A stretch of DNA of 63,086 nt, the filler included, from Hausera hauseri (Eukaryota): assembly GCA_046269625.1 (NCBI GenBank). It is 13 parts of 13 records of this genome, joined end to end, with 100 filler letters (N's around TTAATTAATTAA, not from the genome) between each part and the next. Parts side by side here need not be neighbours in the genome. Positions count along the whole stretch, not along the records: positions 1 to 5,202 come from JBJURY010308943.1; positions 5,303 to 9,415 come from JBJURY010752875.1; positions 9,516 to 15,656 come from JBJURY010134429.1; 10 more parts are not named here. One strand, given 5' to 3'. Below the pieces are notes generated by a model, which made no database searches, had not been told where the DNA came from, and was given only the letters and a program-made list of their open reading frames with translations. The stretch's first letter is position 1. Each line of letters starts with the position of its first letter. The translations under genes and the position numbers were made by a program. Of the stretch, positions 1 through 13,199 are shown piece by piece.

Positions 1-300
1 ATTAAATGATTGATTAGGCACCTTTATGATAGCCAAATATATATATTCCGTAACTATCGGCTGAAATAATAATATTTATTTTGCAAGTTTGTACAAACTA
101 AAGTAAATATATTCTAGCCATGAGTTACGGCGCCATCGTTCGTTTGCAGAAAAGTGCAAAGTTCACATTGTTTTTATGAGGCAGAGACAGAGAGAGAGAA
201 TAAATTGTATTGTGGTATAAAATAAATGTCTAGACAATGCTACGTGGGAATAAATGATATAAGCGAGAATTAATGTTATAAATATAAATGTCTAGACAAT

Positions 301-410
301 GTCACGTGACTTTCCGCACGCATCGCGTGACCAATCACGGACGCGTGGGCGAATAACGTGACCAATCACGTGACGCGTGGGCGGATCACGTGATGCGTGG
401 GTGGACCCAC
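301..410. repeat. Tandem GC-rich repeats containing CCAAT and CACGTG boxes (promoter/terminal-repeat-like) beside the pPolB element
   Basis: Unit cgtgaccaatcacg(t)gacgcgtgggcg occurs twice plus a partial third copy. A separate direct repeat ataaatgtctagacaatg lies just upstream (about 221-300). Confidence 0.7.
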
Positions 411-1130
411 TCCCCCTTTGGTCCAGAACACACTTTTTTCCCCTTCTGTCAAGGTACAGCGAATATTCGCTCAGAAATTGTCGGTTGTATGATGATACAA
501 CTTACGTTACCTGCGCAACGCTATTTAATTGCCATTGACGAAAACTGTCAAAGTCAAACAGGTGAAATATGGTCTATTGGGGAGAAAGATTAGCGGCGAT
601 GATTTGGATACAATGGAAAAACTATTAGAAAAGTTGAGAATAATTTGGTGTTGAGTAGCGATATCCTAGGTACATTGTCGATTTTCTCAACGGAAATATT
701 ACGAAAATTGTCATTTAACATGGCGGCGAAACAGCAACAGCAACAACAGCAGCAGCAGCAGCGGCACTTCTGCCACCGGAAGGAGCTAAAGGCTATCTAA
801 CATTAAAGTTGGAAGGATACAAGGATCTTCACGGCGTTAAATCACCAATATGGAAGCTTGAAAGTTTACGCTGATTTAACTTACTTTGTTTTTGATTTTA
901 GCTTACGATGAATAAATTTTATTGATTTTGTTCTTAATATTGTTTCTCGTCGCATTAAGTTAAATATATAAATGTATATAGATAAATTAAATGGGTATAA
1001 AACAAAAGGCAAAAAACAGCGAACAATATACATTATTTATACAAAACACAGATCATAATGAATTGTCGCAGTAAATGGGTTAGTTTGATCTGTCTGTATC
1101 ATCAGCAGTGAATTCATGCGTGTGCGTGTT

Positions 1131-4100
1131 TTATTCCAAACTACAATGTCCGTACGCCCAACTCTTATTCCGTCCCACCCACTTAAGCTTATAATCACTG
1201 CATGATAAATTGACTTTTGTATTGGTGCTTAATAGATCGAATGATGGTTTAAGACGCAACAGACTTTGTATTTCCTTCGTCTCCTCATTCATAGATTCGG
1301 CGATAATCACCGTGGTTTATTTCCGTCTGAACAAACTGAACTCCTTTGGTGTGCCTTTTCGTTCCACCATCAGTTAAAAGGCTATAACATTTTGGCCGTA
1401 GCAATATCCATTCCCTATACTGAACCATACCTTCACTTTCATCCTTGAAGCAGCGGATTTTGTTTGTGATGGCGGTGCTGTACAATGGATTATTCCGTGG
1501 ATAATTGGACGTGTCCAGTAATCCGTCTGGCATCATTTGCCACAGTAGTTGTTTGCGACTGACTTTTTTTAGTTTCAAGAAAAAACTATCTGTGTCCCCG
1601 GCAATTATATTGATCTCGCATCTGCCGAACATTTGCAAATATCGTGCCAAATCACGATACTGCAGCTCAAGCATGGGCAACTTGCTCAGATCCAATACCA
1701 CTTGTCCTATGTAACTTGGCCGGTCAAGTACGACTTCTTCCCTGTTTAAAATCATGGAAACCAATCCATCGGCAATGTGCATTGACCAACTGAACTGCGC
1801 CTTGCGGGTTTACGTGACCAACCGCTCTTCACCATTAAATAGGCGTACACTGAGCCGCCTTTTTATATTCTCTACTGTTTTTCCGTATAGAGAATTGTTT
1901 TTCAGCTTCGAATAGTCATTTTCAAAATTGTACAAGCTGCAGCTCGTTTTCCCGAATTCCGACTAATATACGCCTTGAATATCAGAGTCTGTGCGAATCG
2001 GATTGCGCAATGTTGCTGTGAGACGCGTACAACCAACTGCATTTAAAATTGCAACAGATGCCAATGATCTATATAATTTTTCTGAGGTTCATGCATCGTA
2101 AGCAGCTTCTTCACCTTCGAGCTCGGCGGACATTGGCTAATTTGTGAAACCGGTATTTCATTCAGAAAGTCATACAGCTCATCTCGTGCTCCGAGATCGA
2201 CGTCCATCAGGTATTTGATTGAGCTCTTTTCTGACGTGTCTGCTCTCGGCACATTTTCCATTATGTCGTACAGGTCGTGCTTGTCGACTATCCATTCGAA
2301 TGAAGTGTACCACAAGGGTTGTGAAAGCGCCCAGCCGTACAGGTTATTAATGTCGATATACAACAGTGATGTATATCATCACTGGTTACGTGATGCTTGT
2401 TGACAAATGTCATGCCGCCAAGAATACCAACATCAAACATTCAGTACACTTCCGGGTTTTGCAACAGCTTGATATTCGGTCCAGTTACATCAGAGCTGAT
2501 GCCCAACTTATTCCGGATATTGAGTAAAAGTTGAGTGGCTTTAGCCTATATTCTGTCAACGCTTTAGCTTGAAATGTTTGAAAGACATCGGCTAACAGGT
2601 ATACATCCAATTTCAGATAGTTAAGCATGTACTCCAACAGGTTTCTGAAGCCGAGCTCTGCTCAAGACGACTGTGCTTTATGATATTTTTCTTCTGTGAT
2701 ACCGGACCATTTCAGTGGTAAGTCGCCTGCCGTTTGAAGCCGTTCATACGATATCGCAAAGTCATATGGGAATATATTCTTGTTACATGCAATATGTGCA
2801 GAGAACTTAGTCATTGTTAGCGGCACATCTGTCAGGGCATCTACCAGCTTTGCCAGAGATTCATTGAGAAATTTCAATGAATCGAGGAAGCGTACCTGAA
2901 ACCGGTTTGTACGAACAGACAGAGACTAGTATTTCTCCATCGTAGTCGGAATTACGGATATTTCCCAGTGCAGAAATCCGCTTATTGCCCATTTCAAAAT
3001 ATGGTGACAATCATAACTCCTGAAATTGTGAAAGATCACTGGAAGGAATGGCCTCACACGCCTTGCCAAATTTCATAAATTACATGCGACTCCTATATGT
3101 CGACCGGTAAAATAATCGTGATCGGGTACGAGCCGTTCCTGTGCAGCAAACGGTATTATTTTGTGGCACAGGTAACATTCATCTGTGACTGCAAACGTCA
3201 GGCGTTCTTCTTCATCTGTCCAGATCAGAGGTTTGGAGCTATTTTTGCAACACCACAATGCGATTTCAGTTTCTACTATTGTATCCAAATGATGCAGGAA
3301 ACCACGGATACAGTCCCAACCATAGAAAACACAATATTGAGGTTTACCTGCGGCTTTTATTGGGACTATCAACATACCGACAGCGATTGGAACGTGATTT
3401 TGATCGTATACATTGTGTCCTGGTATAGTGGCTTCAATATCGGCATATACCTCATATGCCGGACCGTCTGTTTTTGACCAATCACTGAATCTCAGATCCT
3501 TCTTGACTGACATGACATACATTGTTGTTCCCGAGGAATTTTGTCTACATAGTGTCACATATTTCTTCCATGTTGTTTCTGATCAGAATCCATGCAGACA
3601 TACAGGACACCATTTACACAGTATACGCTTTATGATGAACTTGTAATGTTCTATGTTCAGCAGTCTGTCCAGATTTGTCATTGCAACCTAATAAAATTTT
3701 TCCTTTTGCTCTAACGGCAACAAATTTATTAGGCGGCCATTTGGATTCCGACTACGATAGATTATATCCACATGAGGATTTTTGTAAATTTCTTCATTCG
3801 CCGGTATTTCTATTATTGTGTTGTACCGCAGCATGTTGATTGCCAGTGTCGGATTACGCCGTTCAAATTCCGGAATGGATTTCAGTTTCACCGGCATACA
3901 GCATCCATCGTAATTTAATTCGGAAAAATATTTCTGGTACTGTTTTGGACTATGTGCACTGTCTGTCAACTTCGTCATATTTCAATACCGCCAGAATACT
4001 GTAAAAAAAACAGTATTCATCGTTCTTGTTTTATACATTCACCACCGCCAGACACAACTTCAGAGCTGCAGGTGTCGGTATGAATGACTGGTCGGACAAA

Positions 4101-5034
4101 TATCGTGTCACTCGTCTGTGTTATAATAAAGCCGAGAATGACAATTTTTACTATTTTCCAGCCACTACCCTTTTCGGTATAGTTGGTTATTTTATCGTCG
4201 AGCTTTTCGCTTACATCGGCAATAAAATCTTCGGCGTATGGTACAGCTGTATGTGTCAGGTATTATAGTTTCCTGTCACCTTGTACATTTTCGAATTCTG
4301 AAAGTGAATTATATTGCACTTTGCAATGATTTTGGAATTTTTCCACTTTTAATTCCAACCTGTTACGCACATTTTGTGGAACATGTCTCAATTGCGTTGC
4401 TGTTGTTTTCGCCGACATGTTCGCTTTATGTTCACGTACGATCTGTTAAGATCGTACTTGACTGTAATAATGAGAATATTGGCTTACTGTTACTCCTGTT
4501 TTGTTGCTGTTGATGCTGTTCCTGCTGCTTCTGTTTCTGCTGCTACTCGGTAGTATTTCTGATTAAATCGTCAAGACTTGTTGAGGACTAACGTTTTCTG
4601 CAGCTGCTGCTGCTGCTGCTGCTGCTGCTTTCATTTGAGTCCATAACAAGTTGTTTTTTCGACCGCTTAAACCGGTTTAAATGGTCTTTGTTCAGATTAT
4701 AAAAATGTTCATTGTTGATTTTAGCAACTATTGAACAACCGGGGCAAACGAAGGCCCGTTTATTGTGCAGCGTTGTGGTGCCATAGTACTGCTGCATTGA
4801 ACTATAACAGCCACTAACGTTGTGCACATTATTATTGCAGTAGCGTGGGTATGTAGGGAAATGCATAACTATCATCTTCTTCGAAAGAGGAAACGGTTTG
4901 AGATGACGCTTGTGCACCTCATGAAAATCGGCGTACGGGCTTTTGGAACAAACATCATACGTTAGACACACCTACGTGTCTTTTTCTCCAACGCTGTAAT
5001 ATTTCACCATCTGCAGATGGAACTGATCCTCCAT
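1131..5034 (-). pseudogene. Protein-primed DNA polymerase B (Polinton/adintovirus-like) with endonuclease VII-like insertion; decayed copy 1
   Basis: Colinear frameshifted ORFs: exonuclease VYADIEA, EndoVII-like CYLCHK...DHDYFTGRHIGVACN, polymerase motif A YIDINNLYGWALSQPL, motif B KLKNNSLYGK, motif C GDTDSFF, LRPKCYS, KGV, C-terminal WAYGH. The N-terminal region has poly-S/poly-Q tracts and a CPGC motif. Confidence 0.9.
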
Positions 5035-5202
5035 ATATTTGAACGAGACGCAATGTATGAGATATTGCTTACATTTCTAAATTTAAACAACTTTACATTT
5101 AAAATAGATTAAAATTATAAATACAATAAATTAAAATACATAAACTCGTAAAATTAAACATTGAACATGTTTATTACATGTAATGTATTACAAATACAGC
5201 AC

Positions 5203-5302
5203 NNNNNNNNNNNNNNNNNNNNNNNNNNNNNNNNNNNNNNNNNNNNTTAATTAATTAANNNNNNNNNNNNNNNNNNNNNNNNNNNNNNNNNNNNNNNNNN
5301 NN
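5203..5302. other. Artificial contig-joining linker N44-TTAATTAATTAA-N44 (first of 12)
   Basis: Identical 100-bp spacer with stops in all six frames. Others at 9416-9515, 15657-15756, 20470-20569, 24673-24772, 28833-28932, 33487-33586, 38930-39029, 43930-44029, 48191-48290, 53909-54008, 58807-58906. Confidence 0.98.
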
Positions 5303-5664
5303 CGAAAACTTAGCAATATGAGATTGTACCGGACAGCGTACACGGTATCGAACAAAAATAAATGTTCAACACCACCACTTCATGAATCATGTATTAGCGT
5401 GACAAAAATCAATAAATTCAAACGAAAAACAGAAAATTTTCGTTTGCCTTATTTGTAATTCAAATCAAAACGAGTAATTCATTAAACATAACACATTTAT
5501 TATCAATCTGGGTTGAATATTCGAATTAATATACAATACCAGAATTACTGAAAAAAATGAAACAAAACAGAACAGGATCAAATGATATGCCAGCATAAAT
5601 GAACCAATCAAAAAACAATGTTTATGATTATTAAAAAGAAACCCATGAGCTAACGAAAATAGTT

Positions 5665-7884
5665 ATGAATAACTTTCAATTTAGACATATTTTTTTACAT
5701 TACTTTCCAATTATTTTCTTGTTTATCGTCTACATTCCAATGTGTCAAACGTTAAACACAGTCAAATTTTCCATTTTCGAAGAGATTCAAATCGGAACCG
5801 TAATCGGTACACTAACGGAACATCTGTCAGTGGAGTTAATGAGCCGACAGAACCAGCTGAATTTCGTTATCATGAAAACGGAAATGTCCGATTTCGTAAA
5901 CATATCGCAGAATTTCGGTAAAGTCATCGTCAACAAACGAATCGATAAAGAATACCTCTGTCCGAAATCCCGGGAGTGTTCAATAAAAATATCGGTGAAT
6001 TGTAATAACGGGTTTAATTTCATGGAAATTCTCGAAGTACTCATTGATATACTCGACATTAACGATAATAAATGTTCGTTCGTTGCATCGCCGTATCAGA
6101 CGATAATTTGGCCTGAAAATTCACCAAGAACCGATACGAAGGAATTTCTAAATCGTCCGGAAGATTTAGATACTCAGTACAGTATTCGTCGGTCGGAAAT
6201 CCGACTGCTGAACAAATCGGATTTCTTTCGTTTGGATATTCATTCGAGTAGTGCATTAACGAGACCGTTTTCACTCGAATTGGTACTGATCGGTGATCTT
6301 GACTATGAAACGACACCGTCTCATCAGATCGTCGTCGAAGCTGGAGACGGAAGTGATGAACACAAATGTTACCTGACAGTGGAAATCGAAGTCCGAGATA
6401 TTAATGATAACAATCCGATTTTCCCAAGTGAGACGTATCGGACAGAAATATCTGAAAACTACACGCTATTCAAACCGTTTTTTCGTGTTAGTGCAACCGA
6501 TAAGGATTCGGGAATGAACGGGAAGATTTTCTATCAAATCGATGNNNNNNNNNNAAATGATATCAAGACCCAATTTGGAATCAATTCGACCGGTGAACTT
6601 TTTTTACTGAAACCGTTGAAATATTACGAAAATATTCTCTACAAAATTCCGATCGTTGCGCGCAATGTGAACATGTATTCACGGTTTGGAACATGTCAGG
6701 TCATTGTTACCGTCACCGATATCAATAATGAAGTGCCGGAAATAACAATTTTCTCAGCGATTACTGGGACATCGCGAGTGACAATTATTGAAGAACAAAT
6801 GCCGGGTAAAGATGTTGGAATGGTCAATGTTATCGATCGAGATTCGGGAAATAACGCTCGAGTAGATTGTAAACTAATCCGAGAATCTCTTCAGGACTCC
6901 ATGGAGTTACGACCGACGAGTTCAAACAATCAGTATCGATTAGTGACAAAAATGAAAATAGACCGTGAAAAATATTCGAGCATTTCAATGACGATTCATT
7001 GCAACGATTTCGGCAACCCACGACTGACGAGCGAGAAGCTGCTAATCGTCGACATTTTAGACATCAACGACAATGCTCCGAAATTCAACGAACTAAAATA
7101 CGAAATCAACGTCACCGAAGATTCCGATCCCGAACGGAAACGGCAAAAGTTTTTCATACGGAAATTCGACGCAACTGATTTGGATGAAGGGAACAATGCG
7201 GAAATATTCTATTCCATTCGCTTCAAAGATCAACCGCCGTCTGAGTTGATTTCAATTGATCCGAAAACTGGGATTTTATCGTCGAACGGAAAGATCGACC
7301 GAGAAATCAAGAATTCCGTTAGCTTTATCGTCGTTGCCACCGATCAAGGAGATGTGAAATTGAGCGGTTCGGTTTCGGTCCTTTGTAATATTCTCGACAT
7401 TAATGACAATGCTCCGGAATTTTCCGTTGAACATGGCTATACATTCTTTTTATCGGAAAATAACAGACCGACTCAGTTCGTTGGACGATTTTTTGCCAAA
7501 GATATCGACTATGGATCCAATGCAAAATTGGCGTTTAACGTTGAAACCGGTGACAATAATTTTCCATTTAAGATTTATTCGAAAAAATTGACGCCGCAGG
7601 AAAGAGTGCAGCTTAACCATGAATTATTTGATTGGTCCGTGGAAATTTTTACAACGTCATCAATCGATAGAGAAGCCGTAGGATCGTTGATAAAGAGTGA
7701 TCCATCGTATGAGTTTCTCATTCGGGCTCATGATTTTGGCATACCGCGATTGGCAAAACGAGTGAAAATCAAAATTTCAATTCTCGATGAAAATGACAAT
7801 TGTCCACAGTTTACTTTTCCCAGTACGAATAATTCCAGATTGACTCTTTCGTATTTACAGAAGAAAAATTATCGATTTGGAAAA
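5665..7884 (+). CDS. Protocadherin (delta-type-like), large first coding exon
   Basis: Signal peptide plus six complete cadherin repeats (DINDN-P-F linkers, DRE/DYE, A-D-D-G-N motifs) and the start of a seventh. The exon ends at a canonical donor aaa|GTGAGT at 7885. One internal N gap at about 6545. Confidence 0.92.
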
Positions 7885-9515
7885 GTGAGTATTTGTTAAC
7901 GATTATTAGCAGTATAACTGAACGGGAACTAACACAACGGGAAAGGGAATATTACATATTTTTAAATTAATTTTCTAACTATATACATTTAGACAAGCAG
8001 GTTTCCACTACGTCACTCTGCTGGACGACAATTAAAACAATACCCTGGCGTGTACACATTCATCACAGAACCGAGTGAGAGACATTCCAAGGAGGATTGA
8101 GGATTAAATAGACGTGAATGTTGATGGATTCATTTGTATGCTGGACGACTTGCTGGCAAGCTGACAAGACCCGTTCCAAAATTGGGATCAATGAGCAGCA
8201 GAGATGGAGAGAGGACTCTGTTCTCACTCCACGTTGTGTGATTGTGGTTTTAAAATACACACTCACAAAATGACCTGTCCCTTCTGCCACAATGTATTAC
8301 GAGGGATTAAACGACTGCCACTTTCTAGGTATGGCAGCCAAGACAACCCCGCCTTCACGTAGTGGCGCTTCCTGATTTCCAAGACGGGGCTGTGTCGGCT
8401 CCTCCCTGCGCGCGAGCGGGAGGAGTTTTTGTCGTCAGAACAAATAGGTCCAGACATTGAAGAGTAACCCACCCGGGTGTCATGACTAGGACTGGGTGGT
8501 GAAAACATAAAATCCTAGATTGGTGGCAAAATCCGCCTTAAAGGTGGGACTTGACCTGGCAAGGACCGGGATTGCAAACAAGCCTGAGCGGTGATTTGTT
8601 CGCTCCTATGAGCAAATTCCACAATCGTAGCCCTAGTGTCTTGAGAAACTACTGATCCGGGTGCTAAGAGCTAACGCTCGCGGCTTAAGGGAAATCAACA
8701 AACAAATAAACAACATACACAAAAGAGACACTCTTTTTAAAATAAGTGTGCGACTTTCAGCAGAATTTATTTACAAAAATATCCAGGTAGTTAATAAAAA
8801 GACATGTTATAGACTCACAACGGATGGACAAACATGAATACGTGCTCAGTCAATATATCCTAACAATTTCTTCTCTATTCAATATCTCTAGCATTCTAGC
8901 TTTTAGCAGTAATATTATTAATTGTTATTAATTGAAAGAAGCCAGCGGCCCCGCTTGTATCGAGAAGTCAGCGGCCTCGGCCGCTTCATTTATTTGGTTA
9001 ATTCTGACTTCAGTTATAAGAAGTTATAAATACACTAAATGTTCGTTTCCTACGTCGTTACCAGCAGACACTATATAAGATGAAACAACATTATCAGTAG
9101 ATAACCCACTCCCATAGCAGTATGAATGCCGTAGAGGAATGAAGTGTTAGTGCCTTCATTTTTCTAGGCTTCGACTTTGTGAGTAGGGACGCCGCCACCT
9201 TTCTTGCCGCATTTATTTCCCAGATTTTTTTTTTCCGCGGACCACTAAAGTAGATAAGGCAGGCAAATGTGTGGCCCTTGTCAGATAAAGTGTCTGATCG
9301 TGGGGAACGAAATGGGAGAAGCTTCTATAAGGAGAATGAAGGGAATATCTATGGGACCGGGTGATGCAAGAAAATACATGCCCACATGACATGCAAGAAG
9401 ATAAGATCTTTACTTNNNNNNNNNNNNNNNNNNNNNNNNNNNNNNNNNNNNNNNNNNNNTTAATTAATTAANNNNNNNNNNNNNNNNNNNNNNNNNNNNN
9501 NNNNNNNNNNNNNNN

Positions 9516-9890
9516 TTTCAAGTAGAAAATCCACTTCTCCGCATCTTCTTTGTCACTTGATGACAGCATGTATCGAACGTGAGCTTCATTAATAATATCT
9601 TTACCCTTTTCTAAATATCTAATAAATTACTAAAGCCGTTCCGATTGGAAAATAACCCGGATTGATAAAAAATACGTATTCGTTGCTTGTCTTATCCTCT
9701 TCAATATCACTCAATTCAAGATTGGTAAGACAAACATGGCCTTTTAAGTATGACTGGGTTTGATTTGCATAATAATATAACGTTTCAGCGACTAATAAGA
9801 AATACCGTCGTTTGAAAGTTTTGAATTTACCACCTTGCTTTTTTAACCAACCCTTATGAATTATATCCGATTCTTTAAAAATTGTTCCGG
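9516..9890 (-). pseudogene. Pleckstrin homology (PH) domain, cytohesin/ARNO-like, at the 3' end of the retroelement's extra ORF
   Basis: Manual translation (absent from the ORF track): IIHKGWLKKQGGKFKTFKRRYFLLVAETLYYY...LKGHVCLTNLEL...(frameshift near 9625)...NEAHVRYMLSSSDKEDAEKWIFYLK. This is a canonical PH beta1-beta2 plus C-terminal helix Trp. Confidence 0.85.
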
Positions 9891-12800
9891 TTTCCTATTT
9901 TATTCGATCGAAATATAGTTCATATAAAGTCATATATAATGTCATGAAACCTTTTTGGTCCTCATTGTGTAATTGATTTGTAGTACCTCCTGACAATAAG
10001 CAGTCAATAATATCTTTGGCCCATTCCTGAGGGGTCTCTCCGAATATACGAAGTATGGTAGTAGGCTGGTCATAATGAAATATGGTGCTAGATTGGTCGT
10101 TTGTTGATTCAATGTCGTCTAACCATTGTTCGGTTCTATTTGCTATAAAGCGTAGCTTTTTATAGTGTTCGAAGTATCTTGGTCTTAGGGATATGTTTAT
10201 AATGAGTTAACAATAGAGTGGTGCAATGATTGATATGCTAGTTTATGTATTACTCGATCTAATTCCTCTCGGACAGACGGGAGGCTACTTGGGTTTATTC
10301 TTAGAGTATTTACTATTCTGATGTAAGGAATTATCCGGTTGGCCATCGTATAATTATATTCTCCTACGGGATCTACTACGCTTGCTATGGTGGTTATGAT
10401 TGTGTTAGTTTCGGATGTTGTCGTTGTTGGTGTCAAGTTAAGTTCATTCTGTATTGCTTCCATTAAATCTGACGTAACTACCCATTTAGTTTTATATTGT
10501 TCCCATTCGTTTTCGTTCCTGTTTAATTCGTCCATAACCTTTTGTATTTGTTCTGGTAATTCCTTTCATTCTTTAATATCAGAATAGTCTTTCTGAAATA
10601 TCTCTTTAGGACAGTAATATTTTCGTTTCATTGGAGGGAGGTGATGTTCGATTTCAGTAGTTTTCAGCGTTGAAAGTGGATTGGGTATTTATCCTCTTTT
10701 TTATATGAGAGGAGCAGTCGTGATCTACCTTTCTTTCTTGATATATTCTCACTATTCTAATTAGGTTGGAGTAATTTTCGTTATATGTCGCCTGTTCGTG
10801 ATCTATTTGTTTCAATAGCTGTCCTTCAGACGAGCAATCCGATGAATATTTTCGGATGAACCTTGGTCTGTACATGTAATACAACATTTCATTCTCTGGT
10901 TCTTCGTTGCTTGTCGAAGATTCCATAATATTTAGTGTGTCTCTTATAGTAATTTGGGGTAACAATTTTTTATTCTGGCTAGTGGTTTTATCAAGTATGA
11001 AGTATTCGCGTTCTCTTTTAAAAGGCTTGGTTATCTCTTGGTCGTCATCCAAAATACTAAATAGTAGTCTATACTGTAAAGCATTCAGATTACCGGATAG
11101 TCCTCTGATGTTTACTTCATCTAGTTGATTGATTTCCTCGATATCTTCTTTAGTTAGAGGTGTATCTTTGTCTATACATAAATATATATTCCATAATACT
11201 CTAGGTTCTTCTTTTCCATCTTCTCTATTTCCTCTTTTTCCATTTCATTTTTTATGGTTATTAGTGCATATGTTAACCAACAATTGATCATAAATGAGTT
11301 CGTTACTCTTTGGTTCATTAGTTCTCCTCCATAATTCTTAAACAGTGCGATACATCTTTATCCTAATTTTTCAGCTCTTTCTTGAGATACGCAACGCATA
11401 ACGAAGATGTTCGTTGTAACAGGGCAAGTATATTTACAACAGGGATTCGTGGTATTTTTTCTCTTAGAAAATCAGTAAGAAAGATTCGCTCTTGTGGGTT
11501 TCTTATGATTAATGTTTTATATTTAATTGCATTTCCGTAAGAGAAATAGTCGAATATTGTCAATTTCCTTTTAGTGTAAGTATTTTCATCGTCATTCATT
11601 AATTTACATCTTTGCAGGTGCAGAGTATCAGTTCTGATGGGGAGTGTGTATTGGAACTTTCATTTAATATTGGTTGTATTTTACAAAGTTCCTTTAGGGT
11701 CTCTGTTAATTCCTGGTGGTCTAAGTATTCTTTCGTCAGTTGGTTAATGTATAAGGATTCCGGTGGGGTTTCCGTATTATTTGAGAAAAATTCCTGTGGT
11801 CGCAATCTACGTCGTTGAGTGTTTTAGGTTCTCTTTTGTTGAGATGTTTGTTCCAAATGAATGCTGGGATACCTATTATCTTTCAAAATCCGTTTGACTC
11901 ATCTTCATTACTAGAAAGTTTACCTAACATAAATGATGAGAATTTCCATAGTTATATTGGGATGCATGTGTGACTCGGGTGTTGCGATGTGGTCTCGGTT
12001 GCATTTGCTATATTAAACATGGATAGGAAGAATATCCTCATAAAGAATAACGTTCCCAATGAGAATGAAGAATAACCTTTTATTCACGAGGATTCTCGTT
12101 TTACATCCTTCTCTTGAATGTCTTAAATATGCATAGTTCTTGTCTCGTTTGCAATTTTGTCCAAGTATTTAATACTGTTACCTGCAAACTTTAGTTGATC
12201 GATTTTCATCCACTGTTCTGGAGGGATGTTGCTATCTATCTCATAAATGAGTTCTCGGCCTCCTATATTTAGATTATGGTGTTTGTAAATTTTTAATGCT
12301 CAGCTGGCAGCTACATGGTCGTGATGTTTGGATTTTCCTGGGTTGGCTAGATCGGGAATTGTTTAATATACCTCTTCACAACTTATCTTTATTAAAAGTT
12401 TATCCAGTAGGATCAGTGTATTAAAATCCAATTTTAGATATTCGCAAATAATTTTATTATGGGTCTATATTGTTCATCAGTTATCCCGCATTTTTCATAA
12501 CATTTACCAAGAAAATCTCTTAATTCCGCTACACTACTTATGGGTCCTTTGACTAGTTATTGTGCGTGATTAATACGTTCTGGGGTGGCTAGTAGAAAAT
12601 TCTCCAATCTATGCAGATTTTCAGCCTCTCTCGTTAAATGGAGTGGTGGTAGAATTTTCCCTTTTTGTTGGGGTTGTACAGCATAATTTTGTTCAAATGG
12701 TTTAATTTCTTTACATTGTACTTGCTCAGTGCGGCTGTGACCACGCCTATAACTTTTAGCTGGTATCCGTTTATTAACTTGTGATTTATTTCGCTGCTTT

Positions 12801-12895
12801 AGACCAATTTCAATTTTATAGTCTACGTCGTGGTTTTGCTTAAATAATTTTTTGCTGCTCCTGTATCTATTATTGCTTCTATTTTGACTTTTCAT
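9516..12895 (-). pseudogene. Long decayed extra ORF (ORF3 position) downstream of Gypsy pol
   Basis: Chain of same-strand ORF fragments (12557-12895, 11599-11805, 11363-11599, 10654-11052, 10197-10535, 9516-10200). Includes a hydrophobic stretch near 12010-12070 and a recurring (L/Y)RP(R/Q)xF motif. Confidence 0.55.
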
Positions 12896-13199
12896 ATAAT
12901 TATGGTTATGGTTACTGTGTTGTTCGATCCACCGTCGATGAATGCAGCCATCGTATTCTTATCATCTAATTTCATTCTGCTTCTTAATGAGTATTTACAG
13001 GGTGCTGTTTGTTCCAATTTACGTTCTTTAGCTACTGGTCTGAATCGTTGCACGCTTATCCAAGAGGTTTTATTAGGGTTGGATAGATTCTATAGTTCCA
13101 AACTTGGTTCAGTTACTTGTAGTATTTTTTATTGTCTTTATAAGGCAATTTTAGGTTTGGGCTTTCGCCTGGTTTACAGGTCTTCAATTCGATATACAT

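Noticed and set aside
301-410. Short repeats resembling a CRISPR array
   Set aside because: Tandem units with no unique spacers, eukaryotic context and no cas genes.
5247-5258. Regularly recurring TTAATTAATTAA motif, which could suggest a biological repeat or array
   Set aside because: Always embedded in exactly 44+44 Ns, so it is an assembly concatenation linker.
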